Shown here: positions 11,401-20,112 of the stretch, one piece after another
Numbering within the stretch: position 1 is the stretch's first letter
Layout of the letters: each line of letters begins with the position of its first letter
From: Jimgerdemannia flammicorona
Lineage: Eukaryota
Direction of reading: 5' to 3'
DNA length: 36,471 nt
Assembly: GCA_003990765.1 (NCBI GenBank)
Contig: RBNJ01000217.1
Location: forward strand, 1-36,471
The notes under the pieces: model-generated
The model's database searches: none
What the model was told of the DNA's origin: nothing
The model's input: only the letters and a program-made list of their open reading frames with translations
Program-made: the position numbers and the translations under genes

Positions 11401-13678
11401 GATGACTCCTCCTTCAATTATAATTTTGCTTCTAGCCAGGCTGCTTCTTGTCTTGAGGATCCCGACATGATCCTTTGAGATAGTCATCTCCAGTCCAGTT
11501 GCAAGTAGGGTGGTTGTTTGGGGTTCTAGTACAGCTTCTTCTACTGTGGCGATGTCCATTCCAGCTGCATTTTCTGACTTGTATTCTGGCAAGACTGTAT
11601 CAGGGTGAGTCCTTCAGATCTTGACCTTAATTTCTTCTTCATCATCACTATCCTCCAGGAGGGCTGGTAGTTCATCATCTTCCTCCTCCTTCTCTTCTCT
11701 GACCTGTTTTTTGAGAGCTTTCTGTCTTCTTTTCTGGTGGATTTTCTTGATTCTGATGGTACACTGGTAACAATCATTGATATGCTCCATACAGTACATC
11801 TTGATCCCATGAGAACTGACTCCTTGTGGTATATAGCCTTCTGCGATCTTCTTATACTATTCTTCTTTGCTCATCTGTCCAACTTTCTTCTTCAGAGTAG
11901 TCACTATATAAGCTTCCTCTTGCTCACTCTCTTCTTCCTCCATGTCAGACAAGACTCCTTTGTTGACATTGATGGGAATTCATATCTTCTGTCCCCAGTA
12001 GGTAATATGCATCTTCTGGGCATTGAGATTGATTACTGCCCTGGCTTTGTGAAGCCATTGATTGCTGATGAGGATATCATAGTTAGTGGCATTGGTTACA
12101 ATTACATCTACTGGGATGGTTGCTCCTCTAATCTTAATGGGAACTTCTCAGATCTTTCTCAGAGGGGTGGCTCTTGTACCATCTGCTGTAACAAAAACCA
12201 ACTTGGTTGCTTCTTCAACTTCCCAGCTTAAGCAGTCTGCTGCTTTCTTGCTGAGAAGACATCCTCCTGCTCTAGTATCAATGATGGCTTCAAAGACTCT
12301 ATCTTCAATTTGGTATATTGCATAGGCAGAGGTTTTGCAATTGTCTTCACTTTCTTCTCCTGAGTCCACTTGAATGTTATTGGCCTCAGTTATCTTCTAT
12401 CCTTGCTCCTTGGTTGTTTTGGTAAGTCCAAACCTCATTTGCTGTCTGAATGTTGAGATTTCTGTGAGCTGACCAAAGGTTGTATTGACCTTTTGTTGGC
12501 TAAGGTCCTTGAAGATATTGTATTTGAAAGTCTTAGTCTTGCGAAGTTTCTTTTCTTTTTCTCCTTTGCTGGCTAGGGTAGTTCCTCAGATAATATCTTG
12601 AACTGCTTGCTCTAGCTCCATATCTTGGTCCATCTCTTTGGCTTGGCTTTTGGTGGCTGTTTCCATCTGCTTTTCTACTGGGTTCTTCTTGGGTCTTCCT
12701 GCTCTTGTAGGGTTCCTTGCAAACATCCTTCTTGGTAGTCTGAGCAGGATAGACCTCCCATTCTTCTTCATCAGAATCTCCAATTTCCTCAAAGGTAATT
12801 GTATTGGCCTGCTCTCTGTTTTATGTAGTATTGCTTGGTTGAGCCTTGTACTTAGTTTTGCTCATGCATTCATAGGAGTAGTGGTCTTCTTCTCCACAGG
12901 TATAGCAGGTACCTTTCTTCTTATCCAAGGTGGCAACAAACTTCTAAACTGGGTGGCAGTTTCTTCCTTGGATTTCTTTTACCACATATCTCAGATGGGT
13001 GGTCATTTCAGCAAACCTCTTGGCAAGTTCCTCCATAGGGTCACTGTTCTTTTGCTGCTTTGTAGTTTTTGGCTGAGGTGTGTTTCAATTTATCATTATA
13101 GTAGGGATCACACTAGTTGCCTTGGGTGTTTTGATTCTGACTCCTGTGACTCTTTCCATTATATGGTCTTGTGGGTGTCTGGCTGTCCAATATCACTGAG
13201 TATAGGTGACCTTCTGTGGCAGATCCAAGACTACTGGTAATGAATGGATGGCCATGGCTATCTCTGGGTGAACTCCTTTCATGAAGGTTGCTTTGGCTAC
13301 TTGATCTCAGATAGCAGCAGCATAATCTGTGAGGATTATCTGATATTGAATTCTGGTATAGAATGTGTTTGGATCCTCACTTATTTCTTGGCATATTGTG
13401 TTGAGCTAATCCTTCAGGGCTTGCTTGATCTCATCTGTATAATATATATTTCGGAGCCAGGTCTTCTGTGCTGTCAGTATAGCATTAGCATCATTTCCTG
13501 CATGGGTTGCAGCTGTGAATGCTGCTCTGGTAGGACCTTGTAGGCTGAAGGGCATGAGAGCTACTTGTTGTGCTGCTGTCAGGGTCCATACAGTGACATA
13601 CTGCTTGAAATCATCAATGAAAGTAATGATTGATTCATCTGAAGTATATCCATGGAATACTGGTGGTCTCATATCCAT
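8500..13678 (-). pseudogene. gag-pol polyprotein of gypsy element (multiple stops and frameshifts)
   Basis: Gag MDMRPPVFHG; knuckle CYTCGEEDHYSYEC (~12866-12908); protease IIDTRAGG; RT PWSSPVVLAPKK..RLCVNYRKLN and a YVND box; RNase H FILQTDAS, ELECLAVIWAVEKF, NADALS; integrase HHCC (HKLGHLG..CNKCQ), MDVIGPL, and GPY/F-like KLEPK*EEPY (~8610-8640). Confidence 0.92.
11215..11630 (-). other. dUTPase domain within pol, between protease and RT, in frame with RT
   Basis: All five trimeric dUTPase motifs in ORF 10666-11592: AGMDI, RSS, GVINSDYTGEI (D>N), AQML and RGKKGFGSTG. The same ORF continues into RT motifs. Confidence 0.9.
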
Positions 13679-13770
13679 TTTGTCTAGGTATTGTGGCTCA
13701 GTTTGTGTAGTTGCTCGGGTAGTGGCAGTTGCTTGTTGTTCAGCTTGAAAGTGAGGGATTCATCTTAAAT

Positions 13771-13789
13771 CACCAGCCAATGGGCACCA
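13771..13789 (-). promoter_or_regulatory. Putative tRNA primer-binding site (TGGTGCCCATTGGCTGGTG)
   Basis: TGG begins 3 nt inside the 5' LTR on the minus strand. The cognate tRNA cannot be identified by eye. Confidence 0.65.
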
Positions 13790-13792
13790 AGT

Positions 13793-14258
13793 TGTAATAT
13801 AGTGGATGCTTACTCTTGAAAGTATATCAGATTTCTGTATCTTGAATACTTGATCTTCTCTGACTCCTCAGAGTTCTTGGGATATAGAGGTGGATGAGTT
13901 TGAAGTGTATCTGTCTGCAGACTTACTAGTTCCTTTACTATCTCTTTGCTTTTGAACTATTTCAATCTGAGGTTTATTCACTCTAAGATACTGAGTTATT
14001 TATACAAGTTTTGCTAACTATAAGGTAGCTAAGTAATGGCTCATTTTGCAAGTACTGAATCTTTTAACATCTGCTAAGATTTTACTAATTGTGAAGATTC
14101 TAACATCTCCTAAATCTTTGCAAATGTTAAAGTTTCTGCACTTTGTGGAATATAGCTACTATTTATGAGGCCAAGCTATATTTGGAATCAGATTCAGATA
14201 CTGTGATCAAATGTCTAATTCTCCTGTTTCATGTTACTAATTCGGATCAGCCATCACA
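13793..14258 (-). repeat. 5' LTR of gypsy element
   Basis: TGTAAT...CATCACA, same length as the partner LTR, and followed on the minus strand by a TGG-starting PBS. Confidence 0.95.
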
Positions 14259-15047
14259 ATATTCCTAAAATATAGCAGCAATTCTTATTAGCTCTGAAAT
14301 ATTAAGAAATAATATATAGTAATATTATGTATAATACATAATTTTAAGAAAAGAGAGATCAGCAAGAATTCTATATAAAAATATTAGTTAGAATATCAAT
14401 ATTTATATTTTAGTTAGAGTAAAAACAGCAATTAGTAGTAATATCTCTGATGACTCTAGTAGTAAAATAAAATATTTTTCAGATACAGTTAGTTAAAAAT
14501 TATCTACTATATGAGTCAGAGTTATCTGAGTCAAGAATAATAGAGATCAAAGTTGAAGATGATAACAAACCTCTAGTAATAAGAGATTCTCTATAATATA
14601 TATATAAAATTATTTCAATATTTACTATAAAACCTATTCTAATTTAAGAAGTTATTAGAATATACTAAAGACCTTTTAATATAAAGACTATATGAGCTAT
14701 ACTAAAGTATATAAATGTATATATATCATGATATCTAATAAGCTAAGTACATATATACAATAAAGCTTTAGCTAGTCTTAATAGTGAAAGATAGAAGTAA
14801 GCTATAGATGAAGAATATAATTTACCTATTTAAAATAGTATGTATATGGAATCTGGTATTTCTTTTGCTAAATTATTAAATAATTAGATCAAAGTAAGTC
14901 TATAGAATCAAGTATAAGAGTGATAGAAGTATAAAATAGTATAAAGCTTATTTTATAGCTAAGGAATACTTATAAGATTATAAAATAAACTATGATAAGA
15001 TCTTCTCTTCAGTATTCAAACTTACTTTATTAAGAATACTTCTTATA

Positions 15048-16668
15048 TAATAAGGGATAAAATCTTACCAATGTTTTATTTTTTTAAATCTTAACCTATT
15101 GTAGCCTAAATATGAATACTATTAAATCTATTTTTAACTAATAATAAAGAAAGTCTAGAGCTTTTAAATAGTAAATATTTTGCTAAATATGAATAATTAT
15201 TTCTAAAGTTATAACTCTTTTAGGAAAACTGACCATTGATAAGATTTTGTCTCTGACATATCACTAATAAGTTTATTGATCATTTCAATATTTAGTATAG
15301 CCCCCTTTTGCCTTATACATATATAGCAGCAACTCTCCTTGGCATACTCTCAATTAAACCAATACAAATATCCTTTGGAATCCTATTCCATTCTTGCTCT
15401 ACACATTTCCAAAAATCCTGCATTCTCTTAGAGGGCTCTGTATATGTATTAAGTTGTTTTTTAAGTTGCTACCTTAAATGTTCAATTGGATTCAGGTTAG
15501 GTGATTGTTCTGGCCAACTCAATAAATGAATTGAGTGATCAGTGAACCATTGGCAGGCTTTTTTTGACATATGTTTCAAGTTGTTATCTTACTGAAAAAT
15601 CAACCTTTTCTGATCCATATGGTAATATTTGATTGTTTTCAGCAATTCATCATCAAGGATACTCCAGTACAGCTCTGCATCCATGTGACCATCAATCCAA
15701 CAGATATAACTGACCCCCTTGTATATATGTCATATATCCCCAGATCATTAGGAATCTACTGCCAAATTTTACTATTCCAGTCATGTGATACTTGTTGTTT
15801 AGCATTCCTGGCTTTTTCCACATTCATTTTTGACCATTGGAGCCAAGATGGTTGATCTTTGTTTCATCGGAGAGGATGACCTGTTTTCAGTCCTCAATTG
15901 TCCAGTCCTTGTATTTAAAAGCAAACTTATAATGAGTCTTGATATGTTATTTGAGCAATCTGAGCCTCTTCTACTTTACAATTGCCTTCAGACTGGCCCT
16001 CTTCAGTGTTCTCTATACTGTTTTTACACTTACAAAAGGGTTTCCATCATCTTGAAGTCCATTTTGAAGTGTTTTGTCAGCTTCTTAGAGTGTTTTTGCG
16101 ACCTTAGTTGCAGTTTCTGCCTTGTCTGTAATAATCTGGCAAATAATCCATGCTTCATCTCGAGCTGAGAATACATGCAGATGACCTCCTTTTGGTGGCA
16201 TAACCTCACTACTGCAGAACTCTTTTCGTATACAGGAAACAATTATAGTGCCAACACCCATTTGTTTTATAATCTTGCTTGCCAATATACTAGACTTCAG
16301 GGCATTAATGATGTAATTGTGACAGTCAATTAAGATTTTTTTCATTGTGAGAGGTGTGGAAGGAAAAAGTATATCAAAAAAGAATAAAGGGGTGAAGTTT
16401 CAGGTGTAGAGCAAGTGCAGAGCTGGAGTTAGTGAATTAAAACCATTGAAAAAATGATAGGAGACAAAATCTCACCAATGAGCAGTTTACTTAAAAGGGT
16501 CATAACTTTAGAAATAATTATACAAATTTAGCAAATAAATACTGTTTCATTCTAGACCTTCTTTATTATTAGTTAAAATATGAATTTAATAATATTTATA
16601 TATATTTAGATTACAATAGATTAAGATTTAAAAATAATAAAACATTGATAAGGTTTTGTTCCTCACTA
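15048..16668 (-). mobile_element. Tc1/mariner (DD34E) DNA transposon with ~205-bp TIRs, inserted at TA in copia-B RT
   Basis: TA TSD (15046-47 and 16669-70). TIRs at ~15048-15254 and ~16461-16668 align as inverted repeats; termini are decayed CAGTG. Host RT frame resumes across the insertion. Confidence 0.92.
15285..16345 (-). pseudogene. Tc1-type transposase, disrupted
   Basis: N-terminal HTH region (FSARDEAWII..TATKVAKTL), VILSDETKIN, IFQ*DNNLKH, then 34 residues to WPEQSPNLNPIE, ending KAKGGYTKY* (stop at 15285-87). Confidence 0.9.
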
Positions 16669-19600
16669 TAATCAGTATACTATATAATCTCAAAATCTAT
16701 CAAATAGATATTAAGATAGTCTTTCTAAACAATGACATTAATACTGAACTATATATTTACTAACTCTAAGACTATGATAATCAGAATAATCAAATTATAT
16801 ATAAGTTATATAAAGAACTATACTCTATCAAATAAATAGCATAATTATAGAATAAAAGGATTGATAAATATCTCCTTGATAATAGGTTCATATATTATAA
16901 AATAGATAATTATATATATATCTAATATTATAATAATAGTAGCATAGTATTAATTTATATATAAGTAGATAACATCATTATTATTATCAATAAGAATAGA
17001 CTTAATAAAGTCAAAGAAGTCCTATACTGAGAATTTAAGATAATAGATATGTATAATATATCTTTCTTTTGAGGATATCTATTATATATAACAGAAACAT
17101 ATATATCATATATCTCTCATAAGTAATATATATACAAAATATTCTAAAAAGATTCAATATAAATAAATTAGTACTATAATAGAGACTTTTGTAAAGTTTA
17201 AAAAGTCTGATACTATGTCTGAAGTGGATAATATTATATCTATCAATAATAATATTCTCTATTAGCAAGCAGTCAGTTTCCTTATATATCTAATACTTAG
17301 AATATGATCTGATATCTTCTTTATAGTTAATAAGATAGTATAATACTCTTTTTACTGTGACAATTTACATTAGACTACTATTAAGAGATTTTTCAGATAT
17401 ATTAAAGAAATGGTATACTATATGCTCACTCTTAGCAGATTGAGTAAGAGTAATGATAAGAATAATGACAATAATATATAGCTATCTGGAACTTATAATA
17501 CTGATTGAACTAGAGATATATATAACTATCAGTCTATAGCAGAATATCTCTTTAGTAAATGAGTTATCTTGTAGTAAATATATAAGTAGTTCTCCATAGT
17601 AATCTCTTCTACTCAGACTAAATATTAAGTATTGTCAATAGTAACAAAAGAAGTCATATGGCTCTATAAATTATTAAAAGAGATTAGCTTCTCTTAGAAG
17701 AACTTTATGCTAATCAAGTAAGATAATTAATTAATAATTATTTCTATAAAGAACTCTATATATTATAGTAAAATGAAACACATTTATATACTCTATTATT
17801 TCATATGAGAATATGTAGAATATCATATTATATATCTGGAATATATCTCTATAGAGTATATAATTGCAGACTTATTGACTAAAGTTCTTTTGTGGTCAAA
17901 ATTTGAGCAATGTATTATAGGAATAGATCTTACAAGTGACAGCTAAGTATAATAATATATCTTATATCTATATCTCATATTCTTATCATATTTCAATATT
18001 TACATTCTATTCTGCATTTCTTGCAGATATTATATTCATATCTCTCATCTATGTATAAGCCACTTTTCAATCTACAAAAATTCCTAGATAGTTGTAATTC
18101 TTGATTATATATAGTTCTAGTTTGCATATATTGTGTATTGTATTTCTTCTAGTTTGTATTCCATATTTTTTTTTTTTGTATACAGTTGGTATTCTTTTTG
18201 TTTTTTGTTTGTTTTTTTTTAGGTTATATATCTCATTAAGTAGGAGTGTTGGGATGGCAACTCAATATATCAAAAAAAATTTATCATTCATGAAATATAC
18301 AACCTACATAAGTTCAATAAAATTGCTCTCTTTTATAATAATGATCTTATAAAGTAAAAATAGTTAAGTATTATATATACTATATTGAAGAATAAAAGGA
18401 TTTTATAGAGATCTTATTATATATTTAAAAAAAGTTCTATTTGTATTATAATATAAGATTATACTTTTAAAAATAGATTAATCTTTTATTTAATTTTTTA
18501 ATTTATAGTAAATATTTAATATCTTAATTTTATTATTATTATTATTATTTGTTTATTTATTTGTTTTTTTTTTTCTTTGTTATTATATTTTAGTATATCT
18601 AAATAAATACTCATATGTAAGTCTTATAAATATGTTTATTATTGAATTACCAAACTGAAAGAAGTGAATTTGATATATATATATAAGTACATATTTTATA
18701 ATTAGAATATATCAACTGAAATATAATAATAAAAAAACCAATTTTTTTTTTTTTTATGAGCTCATTTACTGAGTTTTCTGGAAATGAAATTCACAATATT
18801 ATATTGAATAGTATGAACTTTTGAAAATTTATCCATAGTATTCTCTTAATTGACTAAATTTGATAGCTTGCTATTGAGATCTCAGATCACATTGGCATAT
18901 ATCTCAGGACTCAGAATAATTAATATAAATGACATTCTTGTGGCAATTTATCAAAAAAAGGACTGAATAGAAAATATTCCACATAATTGCAAGATTGGTT
19001 CCCAGCCATTTTACGACTTACTATTTTTAAAATGAGTATTTTCAATTTATTACCTGTTGCTATTATCAATGCTAATGAGTAAATTCTTGAAAATGCATCT
19101 AACTCTGTTATGATATTGAGGTCCAACTTGTGGTCAGTGCACGACAGCAGGTTGGAGGTGGTTTTTTTTGCTGGTAGCGGAGAATCTAGCTTCATTCTAG
19201 ATATTGGCTGGGGAAGAATTATCCTCTCAATACATCTATTTTCCACTATCCAACAGGGCCCCTCACTCCTCTTGGATAATTTCTGGAGCACTGCAATAAT
19301 AATATTTTTGATCACGACAATACCAACATTCGGTTTGAGCGCCTTTAGGCTATCGGTGGCCTTAGGAATTGTGTACTCGACCATTAGGGGAGAATTATGG
19401 AACTGGCTTTCGAAGTATAACTCGACGAGGATCCGGGCAGATTACCCTTGTGTAGGATTTTGCCACACCGGAATTGAACCATTGTTACTTCAAAGCTGTC
19501 TAAATCTTTTTGGCAAGCACCAATTTTCCATCGATCACCATAATATTTCAGGTTTTTGCCAAGCACCGTAAGAACACGGATTAAAATAGTATCTAAAATC

Positions 19601-20112
19601 TGTCCACTGCATTCTTTGGAAAGTTGTATTTCCTTGTCATAATCAACATCAAGTGCGCCGCAATACAATTATATACTAGAATTCAATGATTTACCAATAT
19701 TACATTTGGGTTAATATAAAATGGCACAGATAGCAATTAATTATGTCCATCGGAGAGGAATTTTTGGTAGTTCTGGGACATCTATATAAAGCTTCTACAC
19801 GACTTGTACCCTTGTTAGCCTTAGGCATGCCAAATTCTATCTTAAACCTGAGACTCGGGGGGCTCCATGCTAACATATCTTAGCATAATCAGCTATGGAG
19901 AAGCGGATGCTTGTGACAAAGTTAGTTGGAGCCGTGGGAGTGGTGTCCGTGAGTAAGTGGGAAAACGCGGGACCGCCGAAATGGCTCTTTGATCAACCTT
20001 ATCCTAGCTGTGCCACGATTTAGATCTAAATCTTTCCGCAGTCAAACTACACCCAGCCTCTATTTCACACCCATCCCAACCAAACCTCCCTATATCTCTC
20101 GCTTTTACAAAC

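Larger units (their letters stand above)
7545..14258 (-). mobile_element. Full-length, inactivated Ty3/gypsy LTR retrotransposon carrying dUTPase
   Basis: Two 466-bp LTRs (7545-8010, 13793-14258), 4-bp TSD ATAT (7541-7544 and 14259-14262), PBS and PPT, and gag-PR-dUTPase-RT-RH-IN order on the minus strand. Confidence 0.95.
5750..18330 (+). mobile_element. Very degenerate Ty1/copia 'copia-B' (outer boundaries approximate), host of the gypsy (7545-14258) and Tc1 (15048-16668) insertions
   Basis: Protease WLIDSD at 6312; integrase YSDN ~7110. The KF..K...IFL(G)Y motif is split by the gypsy. The RT segment LRILLI|ISILYNLKIYQIDIK is split by the Tc1. RNase H end IIADLLTKVL ~17860; PPT-like TTAAGTAGGAG followed by TGTT at ~18236-18250. 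Confidence 0.8.

Noticed and set aside
12638..13240. Hydrophobic 'membrane protein' ORFs (also 5724-6059, 11737-12231, 27533-27931)
   Set aside because: Antisense shadows of purine-rich retroelement coding strands, not env or transporter genes.
18920..19668. Overlapping ORFs (154, 153 and 94 aa) in CpG-retaining DNA upstream of the BTB gene
   Set aside because: No motif or coherent exon chain that I can recognise. It could be a gene fragment; blastx and RNA-seq would decide.
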